From positions 544,001 through 608,000 of the forward strand of contig CAVPSB010000013.1 in NCBI GenBank assembly GCA_963708025.1: DNA of 64,000 nucleotides, written 5' to 3'. Source of the DNA: an uncultured Candidatus Rokubacteria bacterium. Lineage in GTDB: Bacteria; Methylomirabilota; Methylomirabilia; Rokubacteriales; DASRDR01. The notes beneath the pieces are model-generated. The model saw only the letters and a list, made by a program, of their open reading frames with translations, ran no database searches and was not told the DNA's origin. The position numbers and the translations under genes were made by a program. The first letter of the stretch is position 1. Each line of letters starts with the position of its first letter. Below, piece by piece: positions 27,404 to 36,668 of the stretch.

Positions 27404-27815
27404 CGCGGTCGCCCGGCGGCTTCTGATCCTCGACGAGTCGCTCCGTCACATCCGCGAGCGACCGCCCGGCGACGCCCGCTCGCTGGCGAGCGCCCCGGAG
27501 CGCCGGGCCGCCCTGGAACGCTGGCTTCAGGTCGCGATCGAGGCGTGCATCGACGTCGCCTACCATGTCATCGCCGACCGCGGCTGGACGCCACCTGACA
27601 CCGCCCGGGAGGCCTTCGCGGCGCTCGCCGCCCATGGCCTGCTCGACGCCGACCTGGCGGCCCGGCTGGGGCTGGCGGCCGGTCTGCGCAACGTCCTGGT
27701 CCACGACTACGTGAGCGTCGACCTGGAGCGGCTCGTTCAGGCCCTGCGGAACGGCCTGGCCGACCTGTCGGCGTTCGGGGCGGCGGCCGCCCGGTGGCTG
27801 GAGGAGACCCCGTGA
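27390..27815 (+). CDS. hepT: HepT-like HEPN RNase toxin (DUF86), apparent CTG start
   Basis: ERWLQVAIEACIDVAYHVI and GLRNVLVHDY (Rx4HxY); GGGAG RBS 9 nt upstream of CTG at 27390. Confidence 0.82.
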   Translation: MVDRDAVARRLLILDESLRHIRERPPGDARSLASAPERRAALERWLQVAIEACIDVAYHVIADRGWTPPDTAREAFAALAAHGLLDADLAARLGLAAGLRNVLVHDYVSVDLERLVQALRNGLADLSAFGAAAARWLEETP

Positions 27816-27898
27816 CTGCCGCCGGCGGCGGCGCGGTCACGGGTTGGCCGTGACGAGCGCCAGGTCCATGCCGGCGGCGGCCGCGGGGGCGAACCGCC

Positions 27899-28969
27899 TC
27901 AGGCGCCGGCCCGCCCGGGCAAGACCACGCAGCCAGCCGGGTTCTTCAGCTCGACGACCACGCGGGTGCCCACCGCGAGCCGGGCGGCGCCGGCCTCGCG
28001 CATCGCGACGACCCTGAGCGGGTGATCGCGCCCCACGTCGACCTCGTACTCGGTGGTCGCGCCCGCGTGCTTGACGAAGGCCAGGGTTCCCGGCCACCCG
28101 GGGCGGCCGGGCTCCGCGCTGACCGCCAGGTGCTCGGGCCGGATAGCCACGGTCACCGGCCCGGTCTTCACGGTGGGCAGCGCGATCGCGGGGCCCAGCT
28201 CGACCCGGCCACCGGTCGCGACGCCCTCGATCAGGTTCGAGCGCCCGACGAAGTCGGCGACGTAGGCGCTGGCCGGCCGGTCATAGATCTCGAGCGGACT
28301 CCCCACCTGCGTGATCAGCCCCGCCTGCATCACCGCGATCCGGTCGGAGAGCGTGAGCGCCTCGTCCTGGTCGTGGGTGACGAAGACCGTGGTGATGCCG
28401 AGGCGCTGGACGAGCTTCTTGAGGTCGACCTGCATCGCCTCCCGGAGCTTGGCGTCGAGAGCCCCGAAGGGCTCGTCGAGGAGCAGGACCTGCGGCTCGA
28501 GGACCAGCGCCCGGGCCAGCGCCACGCGCTGCTGCTGACCTCCGGAGAGCTGGCCTGGCCACCGCTCGGCCAGCGCCTCGAGCTCGACCAGGGCGAGGGC
28601 CGCGCGGACGCGCCGGCCGATCTCCTCCCGCCGGGCCCGGCGCACGCGGAGCCCGTAGGCCACGTTGCCGAACACGGTCATGTGCGGGAAGAGCGCGTAG
28701 TGCTGGAAGACCATCCCGACCTGCCGGCGGTTGGCCGGCACCCACGTCACGTCCCGGCCGCCGATCGAGACCGAGCCGGCGTCGGGGCTCACCAGGCCCG
28801 CGATCACCCGCAGGAGCGTCGTCTTGCCGCAGCCCGACGGCCCGAGCAGCGTCATCACCTCGCCCTGCCGGACGTCGAGCGCGCAGCCCCGCAGGACGGG
28901 CAGCGTCCCGAAGGCCTTGTCGACGCCCCGGAGCTGGACGCGGGGAACAGCCGGGTCGGCTTCGCTCAT
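27899..28969 (-). CDS. ABC transporter ATP-binding protein (PotA-like)
   Basis: GPSGCGKTT, LSGGQQQRV, LLLDEP motifs and a TOBE-like C-terminus. Confidence 0.92.
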   Translation of the reverse strand: MSEADPAVPRVQLRGVDKAFGTLPVLRGCALDVRQGEVMTLLGPSGCGKTTLLRVIAGLVSPDAGSVSIGGRDVTWVPANRRQVGMVFQHYALFPHMTVFGNVAYGLRVRRARREEIGRRVRAALALVELEALAERWPGQLSGGQQQRVALARALVLEPQVLLLDEPFGALDAKLREAMQVDLKKLVQRLGITTVFVTHDQDEALTLSDRIAVMQAGLITQVGSPLEIYDRPASAYVADFVGRSNLIEGVATGGRVELGPAIALPTVKTGPVTVAIRPEHLAVSAEPGRPGWPGTLAFVKHAGATTEYEVDVGRDHPLRVVAMREAGAARLAVGTRVVVELKNPAGCVVLPGRAGA

Positions 28970-29280
28970 CGCGGCTCCCGCGGCCCCGGCGCCTCCACCC
29001 CGGCCAGTCGGCCGGTCGGCGCCCCCCACGCCAGGCCGAGCCCCGCCGGCCCCCCCCGGCGACGGCCCGCGCCGCGACCTCGCTCGCCAGGGCCAGGAGC
29101 GCCGGGTCGTCCGCGGCGTCGTCATCGAAGGCCGGGAGGAGGACGCGGGTCTCCTCGCGGCTGGGCGCGAACAGGTCCATGCGGGCGGCCAGCACGAGGA
29201 GGCCCCCGCGGTCCCGCGCCGCGAAGACCTCGCTGGTGTCCACGACCACGGACGGCGCGGTTCTCCCGGGAAGGTATCGC
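28966..29280 (-). pseudogene. Fragment of a PfkB family kinase
   Basis: VVVDTSEVF...MDLFAPSREETRVLL then ...ASEVAARAV. The N-terminal half and the GAGD motif are missing; the stop overlaps the ATPase ATG. Confidence 0.55.
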
Positions 29281-29281
29281 A

Positions 29282-29622
29282 TTAGCCAAATGCGGCGGCC
29301 AGACCTGCACGACAGACCTCCGCGATCTCTTGCGGAGATATGGGCCGACCGGCTCTCTCCGCTACGCGAGCGGCTGCCCGCACGGCGTCAAAAGCCGGTG
29401 AGGAGACTTGTCTGACCGTAGCGCGAAGCGCCCGCCTGGCGTTCGCATGAAGCACTCCAGAGATGTTTTCAGTCCAGATCCTCTGCAGGTCTTCCAGCGC
29501 CCTTCCGAAGGTGACGAGTGTATCGTGAAGATAGAGGACATTATCAGCACCAGCTCACCGCGATAGGGTCGCAACGCGTTGACCAGGCGTGCGAACGCGG
29601 CAGACTCATCGGCCGGGCTCAT
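29282..29622 (-). pseudogene. Internally deleted nucleotidyltransferase-fold toxin (GSU2403/AbiEii-like)
   Basis: N-terminus MSPADESAAFARLVNALRPYRGELVLI is joined near 29541 to a C-terminal part in another frame (VLYLHDTLVTFGRALEDL...EVCRAGLAAAFG*). ATGA-coupled to the upstream gene. Confidence 0.6.
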
Positions 29623-30842
29623 GCGGGTGCTTGCTTCAACAGCGAGGCGAGTGCCCGCCGCCAGATCTCCTTCGCCTGACTAGCTCCACGGGACGGATGA
29701 TTAGCGACGTCAAGCCAGACTTGAATGACATCGCAGACCGGAAGCTCGTTCCGGACCACGGTCGCGCGGAAGACAGATTCGCGAAAGGGTGGAACACGAA
29801 CGAACACATCGGCGCGTTGGCCGGCACGGGCGGGGGCAAGTCCCAGTGACTCCAGAGCGGGCGGATCTAGCCTCTCCAGATAGAGATGAGGGGCGACCCC
29901 ACGAACGAAACCGAACCCGAGAACGTCAGCGGCGGCGAAGAGCCCCAGACAGATGCGGGGGCGCGGCACCGCTCGGTTTGCTCGGCGGTCCCGGGACACA
30001 GCCAATTCCCACTTCTTCAGGTAGGCTCGAACGGCATCCGAGAGCTGCCTTTCTTGGTCCCCAGGGATTACCCAGCGCATCGACAGCTCCCGGGCGGGCC
30101 TGAGACTTGCGGCTCGCCAGCGTTCGAAGAGTGCCTCGACGTTGACGAGGCGCAGGACACCGGACTGCTCGTGAAGGAATCCTTCTGCCCTGAGCAGGCT
30201 GACCAGGCGGAACGCGCTCATGAGAGACACACGTGCTGCTTTTGCGAGGTCCGAGACGCTCTCAAGTTGTTGGCGGGGGGCTTGTAGGAGGTTCTCGGGG
30301 ATCCGTGAAGCCAGCAATATCTTCAGCATCCACTGGTTCAGGTCGGAGAAGAGATGTAGCTGGGGCGCAAGGTGCGGCTGAAGGACGGACTGCTTCGGGC
30401 GGGCAGCGGAGGAGTTCAGTGATTCCAGTTCGTGGCCGACAAAGATCCGTGATCCCTCTAGATCCATGATTCCAATGGCGACATCGGGGGCCACTTGGGC
30501 GGCAAAGGCCCGAATGTCATCGATAAGCGATTGCGATAGCCGGGGAGCACCGATGATGGCCAGGGGCAGGGGGCTCGGTGAGACGTCAGCCTTCGAGGCG
30601 GCAGCTTTGGCTTGAAGGATGGCCTGCGAAAGAAGGGGGATCAATCGATCGCGGCGAGCCTCAGGCGAACTCTTGATCTCGACGACGTACTGGCGACTAC
30701 CTTGATGGACAAGGAAGTCCGGACTGAACTCGACGATGCGTCGCTGGGGGGCGACGTGCCAGCCGGCGCGACGGAACGCGTCAACGACGGCGCGCTTGAG
30801 TGATGACTCGCGAAGCAAACGCCTGCCCGAGGGCGGTCCCAT
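29619..30842 (-). CDS. AbiEi-like (type IV TA) antitoxin with an N-terminal PD-(D/E)XK-like domain
   Basis: PDFLVHQGSRQYVVEIK, central HTH-like SVSDLAKAARVSLMSAFRLV, C-terminal DVIQVWLDVANHPSRGASQA; lower GC than flanks. Confidence 0.65.
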   Translation of the reverse strand: MGPPSGRRLLRESSLKRAVVDAFRRAGWHVAPQRRIVEFSPDFLVHQGSRQYVVEIKSSPEARRDRLIPLLSQAILQAKAAASKADVSPSPLPLAIIGAPRLSQSLIDDIRAFAAQVAPDVAIGIMDLEGSRIFVGHELESLNSSAARPKQSVLQPHLAPQLHLFSDLNQWMLKILLASRIPENLLQAPRQQLESVSDLAKAARVSLMSAFRLVSLLRAEGFLHEQSGVLRLVNVEALFERWRAASLRPARELSMRWVIPGDQERQLSDAVRAYLKKWELAVSRDRRANRAVPRPRICLGLFAAADVLGFGFVRGVAPHLYLERLDPPALESLGLAPARAGQRADVFVRVPPFRESVFRATVVRNELPVCDVIQVWLDVANHPSRGASQAKEIWRRALASLLKQAPA

Positions 30843-30877
30843 GAGCTCTCGTTGCCTTTCCCATGGCCATGATGACA

Positions 30878-30909
30878 ACCACGGCCATGATAATTAACAC
30901 GGCCATGGT
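30878..30909. promoter_or_regulatory. 32-bp imperfect palindrome upstream of the AbiEi-like gene (putative operator)
   Basis: accacggccatgataattaacacggccatggt is self-complementary with few mismatches. Confidence 0.5.
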
Positions 30910-31067
30910 AAGGCGCTGGCTCTCCATCCGTCAAGTAGTCGGCGGGCCGTTATGCTTTGCCGTTCGGGAAGTCGTTGAGATCCCTCAGGATTACCTGACG
31001 ACCACCGCCGTGAGAACGGGCTTCAGAATCGACCCCGAGATACAGAAGCGGCTCCGCGATTTGACCC

Positions 31068-31143
31068 TCGGTGGACACCTGAAGTCGTGGACGGGTCAAA
31101 GTCGGCCAGTGGTGAGCGCCCCAAACACGAAGGTTCTAACCTC
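31068..31143. mobile_element. Degenerate IS21-like terminal repeat remnant
   Basis: Tandem GTGGAC-N3-TSAA motifs (gtggacacctgaa / gtggacgggtcaaagtcggccagt) resemble the internally repeated ends of IS21-family elements. No transposase present. Confidence 0.45.
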
Positions 31144-31145
31144 CG

Positions 31146-32201
31146 TCAGGCGCCGAGCTCCCGGTCGAAGCGGTCCACGATCTGGCCGCGGACGGGGACG
31201 ATCTTGGTCCAGTCGACGGTCTCGAGCCGCAGGACCTCCTCCGGCGTGGACGGCGTGTAGGGCTTGGCGGCGTCGGGAACGGCCACGCCCTTGACGGTAG
31301 GGCCGAAGTAGTAAGGTCGGTCGGCGGCGAACGCCTGGTACTCGGTGCTCAGGATCCCGTCCAGCCACTCGTTGACCAGCTCCGGATGGCGCGTCCGGCT
31401 GATCGCCGAGAAGAAGGAGATGATGGCGACCGGACCGGGGGCGGGCTTCACGAACCGGATCGGCATCCCCTTCTCGGCCAGCGCGGCGGCGTCGTTGTTC
31501 CAGAGCGGCGCCACGCCGATCTCGGCCCGCTCCATGAGCTGCGCGAGCGCGGTCGGCGTCCGCCCCACCACCGGCTTCAGCTCCTTGGTCTTGGCGAAGG
31601 CGGGATCGAGCCGGTCCTCGCCGCCCCCGAAGATCTTGGCGACGATGGCGAGGTAGCCGAGGCCGAGGTTCGACGACGCGCGCGGGATGCCGACGAGCCC
31701 CTTGTACTCCGGGCGCCACAGATCGGCCCAGCCGGCGGGCGGGGTCTTCACGAGCTGGGTGTTGTAGGCGAGCCCGATCAAGGAGTAAGTGGCCGGCACC
31801 CCGTAGCCCTGGCTCTTCCGGACGAACTCGGGGTACACGTTCTTGTAGTTCGGGATCTTCTCGGGCTCCACCTTCTGGATGTACTCCTCCTTGATCCCGA
31901 TGAGGTGGGGCGGCTCGCCGTTGGGCATGGCGTCGTAGGGACTGTATCCCTGGGCGGCCTTGATCTGCGCCACGATGTCCTGCGACTCGCTCGGCACCAG
32001 GCGGATCTTGAGGCCGGGGTGCCGCTTCTCCATCCGGTCGGCCAGCCAGCGGTGGGGCTCCTGGAGCTTCCCGCCGTAGCTGATGATGATCAGCTCCCGC
32101 TCCTGGGCCCGGCCGGGCGCGGGGGCGCCCGCCACCAGGGCGGAGGCGCCGGCGCCGAGCACCGTCTTGTGAAAGCCTCTGCGAGTCATGATCCCGGCCA
32201 T
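31146..32201 (-). CDS. ABC substrate-binding protein (PotD/PotF-like), Tat signal
   Basis: MTRRGFHK twin-arginine, ISYGG and GLAYNTQLVKTPPAGWADLW motifs. Confidence 0.9.
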   Translation of the reverse strand: MAGIMTRRGFHKTVLGAGASALVAGAPAPGRAQERELIIISYGGKLQEPHRWLADRMEKRHPGLKIRLVPSESQDIVAQIKAAQGYSPYDAMPNGEPPHLIGIKEEYIQKVEPEKIPNYKNVYPEFVRKSQGYGVPATYSLIGLAYNTQLVKTPPAGWADLWRPEYKGLVGIPRASSNLGLGYLAIVAKIFGGGEDRLDPAFAKTKELKPVVGRTPTALAQLMERAEIGVAPLWNNDAAALAEKGMPIRFVKPAPGPVAIISFFSAISRTRHPELVNEWLDGILSTEYQAFAADRPYYFGPTVKGVAVPDAAKPYTPSTPEEVLRLETVDWTKIVPVRGQIVDRFDRELGA

Positions 32202-32217
32202 GGTTCCCTGCCCCCTT

Positions 32218-33375
32218 TCAGGTGAGCCCGCCGGGCGTCTCGCGCACGACGCCCTTGCGGATGAGCCAGTAGTCGTCCTGCCGGCGGAGCGGCGTGACCG
32301 GCACCCCGGCCAGCCGGGCGAGATGGAGCACCAGGAGCTGCGCGGGCACGTGGTAGGTCACGGGCGTGAGGACCTCCGCCAGCTCTCCCGGCAGGTCGAG
32401 CCGCGCGTGGGCCTTGGGGAACCGGCCGTGGGCGGGATGCCCGACGACGACCGCCCGCCCCCCGGCCCCGGCGATCCCTTCGACCAGCTCCTCGGCGCGA
32501 TCCAGGGCGTTGCCGGGCGGCGCCAGGACGAGGACGACCGACCGCGCCTTCCAGGCCAGCGTGAGGAAGTACTGGAGATGGGCCCACTCCTCGAGATCCT
32601 GGGCGACGCCGTTCCACGGGAGCTGCTCGTGGAACTTGGCGGCGGCGTAGTCGGCCGTGCCCCGGTTCGGGCCCGCGCCGATCACCCACAGGGTGTCGCC
32701 GCCGCGAAGCTCCTCGGCGAGGGCCTCGACGCCCGGCTCGACGGCCCGCGCCGCCGCCCCGATTCCACCCACGGCCGCCTCGAGCCGCGCGAGCCAGGCC
32801 GTCTCCTCCTCGGCCGACACGCGCCCCGCGCGCCGGCCGAGCGCGAGCCCGAGGATGTAGAGGGCGACCAGGGTCGCGAGGTACTCGACCATGTTGAGGT
32901 ACACGCGGGCGTAGGCGGCATCGACGCCGTCGAGCGGACGCACCGGCCGGTGGAGGACATGGTCCACCAGCCCGGCCAGGGGGCCTAGCCCGCTCCCGGT
33001 CACGCCCACCGTCAGCACGCCCCGCCCGCGCGCCAGGACCATGCCCTCGCGCGTCCGCGACGAGTTGCCCGAGTTCGAGACCCCGACGACGACGTCGTCC
33101 GCCGAGAGGAGAGGACTCTCGTAGCGGGCCAGGTCGAGCGACGTCAGCACCTGGACCGGCCGTCCCGACCAGCGCCGGAGCGCGGGGAGCACCGACGTCG
33201 CCGCGAAGAGGCTGTCGCCCGAGCCGGCCAGCAGCAGCCGCCCACGCTCCCGGGCCCGGGGGTCGGCGAGGAGGCCGTCGATCGCCGGCGCCAGGGCGAG
33301 GCGCAGAGCCCGGCAGTCGAGCCCCCGGTGGATCGCGTCGACGAGCCCCTCGGCAAAGCGCTGCGGATAGCCCAC
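32218..33375 (-). CDS. SIS-domain sugar-phosphate isomerase/deglycase (GlmS/FrlB-like)
   Basis: LLAGSGDS, GVSNSGNS, VIGAGPNRGTA and EEWAH motifs. Confidence 0.82.
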   Translation of the reverse strand: MGYPQRFAEGLVDAIHRGLDCRALRLALAPAIDGLLADPRARERGRLLLAGSGDSLFAATSVLPALRRWSGRPVQVLTSLDLARYESPLLSADDVVVGVSNSGNSSRTREGMVLARGRGVLTVGVTGSGLGPLAGLVDHVLHRPVRPLDGVDAAYARVYLNMVEYLATLVALYILGLALGRRAGRVSAEEETAWLARLEAAVGGIGAAARAVEPGVEALAEELRGGDTLWVIGAGPNRGTADYAAAKFHEQLPWNGVAQDLEEWAHLQYFLTLAWKARSVVLVLAPPGNALDRAEELVEGIAGAGGRAVVVGHPAHGRFPKAHARLDLPGELAEVLTPVTYHVPAQLLVLHLARLAGVPVTPLRRQDDYWLIRKGVVRETPGGLT

Positions 33376-33530
33376 CTCGAGTCCTCTCGAAGCGGGATTC
33401 TACAGGCATCGGCGCGATGCTGTCCACGCGCCGGCGGCGGGCCCGAAGCCGTCATCCGCCCCGGAGGACGAGGACTGGCTGGGGAGGGATGGCGGCCACC
33501 GTGCTACGCTCGTACCTGGAGGAGCATGGG

Positions 33531-33758
33531 ATGAAAGATCAAGCGCCCGTCGTACATAGCGATCCCGAGATCCTGGGTGGGACGCCGGTCTTCGTCGGAA
33601 CTCGCGTGCCCCTTCGGAATCTGATCGACTACCTCGAAAGGGGCCACAGCCTTGACGAGTTTCTCGACGCGTTCCCTTCGGTTTCACGCCAGCAGGCAGT
33701 GGCTGCGCTCGAAGCGGCCCACGAGGCATTGACCATCCGTGCGCGTTCTGCTCGATGA
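33531..33758 (+). CDS. DUF433 antitoxin
   Basis: HSDPEILGGTPVFVGTRVP...LDEFLDAFPSV. Confidence 0.9.
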   Translation: MKDQAPVVHSDPEILGGTPVFVGTRVPLRNLIDYLERGHSLDEFLDAFPSVSRQQAVAALEAAHEALTIRARSAR

Positions 33759-34062
33759 GCAGCTGCCGAGACAGCTGGCGCAAGAACTCCTTGGCCATGA
33801 AGTTCGCACGGTCCCGCAGCAAGGCTGGGCCGGACTTGGGAACGGGGAGTTGTTACGACGCGCCGCGGGTGAAGGGTTCGAGGTCTTCTTGACCGCCGAC
33901 CAGAACCTCGAGTTCCAGCAGAATCTTGTCCGGTCCCCCCTTCGCGTGATCGTCCTGGCGGCGCCCAGCAACGCGCTGGAGGACCTGTTGCCGCTTGTAC
34001 CGAGCATCCTCCGGTCGATCCCGGATGCGCGACCGGGCCAGATCCACCGGGTCGCTGGCTAA
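33739..34062 (+). CDS. DUF5615 PIN-like toxin
   Basis: MRVLLDEQLP...GWAGLGNGELL...FLTADQNLEFQQN. Confidence 0.9.
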   Translation: MRVLLDEQLPRQLAQELLGHEVRTVPQQGWAGLGNGELLRRAAGEGFEVFLTADQNLEFQQNLVRSPLRVIVLAAPSNALEDLLPLVPSILRSIPDARPGQIHRVAG

Positions 34063-34090
34063 CCCGACCCCGGCCATCCTCCGCGGCTGA

Positions 34091-34798
34091 TCACGACTCC
34101 GGCGAGGGCCCGAGCTTCCCGGCCTTGCTCCGGCGGAGGCCCAGGCGGACGAGCGTCTCGGCCGCCGGCAGGGCGCACGCGACCGGCTCCAGGACGGGCA
34201 TCCGCGTCGTCCGGCGCAGGTCCGCCGCGTAGGGCGAGAGCCGCGCGCCGCCCAGGATCACGAGGTCCGCGCCGAGCTCGGCGTCGGCCCGCGCGATCTG
34301 CTCCGCCAGGGCGCCGACCACGGCCTCGGGCCTCGGCGAGGCCTCGCTCAGCGGCGGGAGACTCACCGCGCGGACGCCGGCGCAGCGGGGTTCGAAGCCC
34401 AGGAGCCGCACCAGGTCCTCGGTGTACGGGATCATCGTCGGCGTCGTGGTGACGATGACGAACCGGTGGCAGAGCAGCGTCGCGAGCGCCAGCGCCGCCT
34501 CGGCCATGGAGACGACCGGGACCGCGAGCGCGTCCTTGACGGCCGCGGTGCCGTAGTTCCCGAATCCCGCCAGCACCACCGCGTCCGGCACCGGCCGCAC
34601 GCCGGCCAGCCCGGCCACCAGCGCCCGTCCGGCGACGGCGTCGGTGACGAACCCGTCGACCACCGGCGGGCCCTCCCGGTTGGTCCAGCCCACCACCTCG
34701 GTGCCGGGAGCGGCCACCGCCCGGGCGAGCGTCACGCACGCCTCCGTGATCGCCCCGGTCGAGTTGGGATTCGCCACGAGGACTCGCACGGCGCTCAC
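34091..34798 (-). CDS. Asp/Glu/hydantoin (allantoin) racemase family protein lacking the catalytic cysteines
   Basis: VLVANPNST, PVVSMAEAA; AVVLAGFG and VILGGA occupy the usual IACF and LGCA positions. Confidence 0.85.
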   Translation of the reverse strand: MSAVRVLVANPNSTGAITEACVTLARAVAAPGTEVVGWTNREGPPVVDGFVTDAVAGRALVAGLAGVRPVPDAVVLAGFGNYGTAAVKDALAVPVVSMAEAALALATLLCHRFVIVTTTPTMIPYTEDLVRLLGFEPRCAGVRAVSLPPLSEASPRPEAVVGALAEQIARADAELGADLVILGGARLSPYAADLRRTTRMPVLEPVACALPAAETLVRLGLRRSKAGKLGPSPES

Positions 34799-34884
34799 CT
34801 CCCCCGCTCGCCGGCATTCTGCCGCGGGCGACAGTCGAACAGCAATCCCGGGGCGCGATACCGTACGCCCCGAGGAGGGAGTCG

Positions 34885-36430
34885 ATGGCCTCGTCACTCG
34901 TTCGGGGGCGGCACGTGATCTGCCGGGTCCGGAGCCGGACGGAGGCGGAGATCGTCAACGACGGCGCCGTCTTCCAGCGCGACGGCACGATCGTCGAGGT
35001 CGGGCCGTACCGGACGCTGGCCCGGAAATACCAGCCCGACGAGGTGATCGGCTCGAGTGAGCACGTGGTCCTGCCCGGCCTGGTCAACAGCCACCACCAC
35101 GTCGGCCTCACCCCGTTCCAGCACGGGTCGCCCGACCATCCGCTCGAGCTCTGGTTCGCCAGCCGGATGGCCGCGCGGGACGTCGATCCCTACCTGGACA
35201 CGCTCTACTCGGCCTTCGAGATGGTGGAGTCGGGCGTCACGACGGTCCAGCACCTCCACGGCTGGCGGGTGGCTCCCGCTTCCCGGGTGCGGGCCATCGC
35301 TGAGCGCATTCTCCGCGCCCACGACGACATCGGCATGCGGGTGTCGTACTCGTACTCGCTGCGCGATCAGAACCGGCTCGTGTACGAGGCGGACGAGGAC
35401 TTCCTCCGGCGGCTGCCGGCGGACCTCGCCGGCGACATCGCCGCCTGGTTCCGGAGCCAGACCATCCCGCTCGAGGAGCAGCTCGGCCTGTTCGTCGATC
35501 TCTGGGAGCACCTCGGGCAGAATACCCGGGAGCGGGCGCGCATCCAGCTCGCCCCGGCCAACCTCCACTGGTGCTCGGACCGGGCCCTGGAGGCGGTACG
35601 GGACCTCGCCCGCCGCCACCGGGTCGGGATGCACATGCACCTCCTCGAGACCGCGTACCAGAAGGAGTACGCGCGCCGGCGGACCGGCACTAGCGCGGTC
35701 GCGGCATCTCGCGGAGCTGGGGCTGCTGGGCCCGGACCTCACGCTCGGCCATGGCGTCTGGCTCACCGACGACGACCTCGACCGCGTCGCCGAGAGCGGG
35801 ACCATGATCTGCCACAACGCCAGCTCGAACCTCCGGCTCCGGAGCGGCATCGCGCCCCTCAATCGCTGGACGGCCCGTGGCGTCCGGGTCGCCCTGGGGC
35901 TGGACGAGGCGGGGATCAACGACGACCGGGACATGCTCCAGGAGATGCGCCTGGTCCTCCGGCTCCACCGCGTGCCGGGCATGGACGACACGGTCCCCAC
36001 CGCGGCCGAGGTCTTCCGGATGGCCACCGAGCACGGCGCGGCCACGACGCCCTTCGCCGGCCGGATCGGGACCCTGGAGCCAGGGAAAGCGGCGGATCTG
36101 GTGCTGCTCGACTGGCGGCACATCGCCCATCCGTACCTCGATCCGGAGACGCCGGTGCTCGACGCCGTGGTGCACCGGGGGCGCGCGACCGGCGTGACGA
36201 TCGTCATGGTGAACGGGGAGGTGATCCTGCGAGACGGCCGGCTCACGCGAGTGGACAAGGCCGCGCTGCTCGAAGAGCTGGCCGCGGCGCTCCGCGCACC
36301 GCTCCGGCCCGACGAGGAGCACCGTCGTCGCGTCGCCCGCGCCGTGTTCCCCCACGTCAGGCGCTTTTACGACGGCTGGCTCGACGAGCGCACCCGGGAT
36401 CCGTACTACCGCCAGAACTCCCGTACCTGA
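34885..36430 (+). CDS. Amidohydrolase, deaminase subgroup (MTA/SAH or guanine deaminase-like; frameshift near 35700)
   Basis: PGLVNSHHH and HMHLLET, then LGHGVWL, CHNASSNLRLRSG, GLDE and GKAADLVL in the next frame. Confidence 0.88.
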
Positions 36431-36597
36431 GCACGTCGGGCCGCGGAAGCCGTCACCGGCCACGTCCGGTCGGGGCGCGCCGCGCGGGTGCAACGGCAAC
36501 GAGCTCGAGTCGCTCGCGGTGATGGTCCAGGGGTCGAGCCCTGCGGATGACGGCTGGTACGCGTCGTCACATCAACTGCGGAGAGATGCGTGAAGAC

Positions 36598-36668
36598 GCC
36601 TAACGACGCCAGTGAGCTGCGCGGCAAGCGAATGCGAGCCAACCGTCCGCTCGACCGAGAGGCTAGGC
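36598..36668 (-). mobile_element. Integron attC recombination site (lone, R'' mutated)
   Basis: Minus strand GCCTAGC-ctctcgg-TCGAGCGG...CAGCTCA-ctggcgtc-GTTAGGC. R' = GTTRRRY, R'' is one base from GCCTAAC, and the L boxes pair with an extrahelical base; 71 bp. Confidence 0.7.

Noticed and set aside
27837-27870. MDLALVTANP* mini-ORF after the PotA ATPase
   Set aside because: Possibly the stub of a gene cut by the MntA-HepT insertion, but too short to assign.
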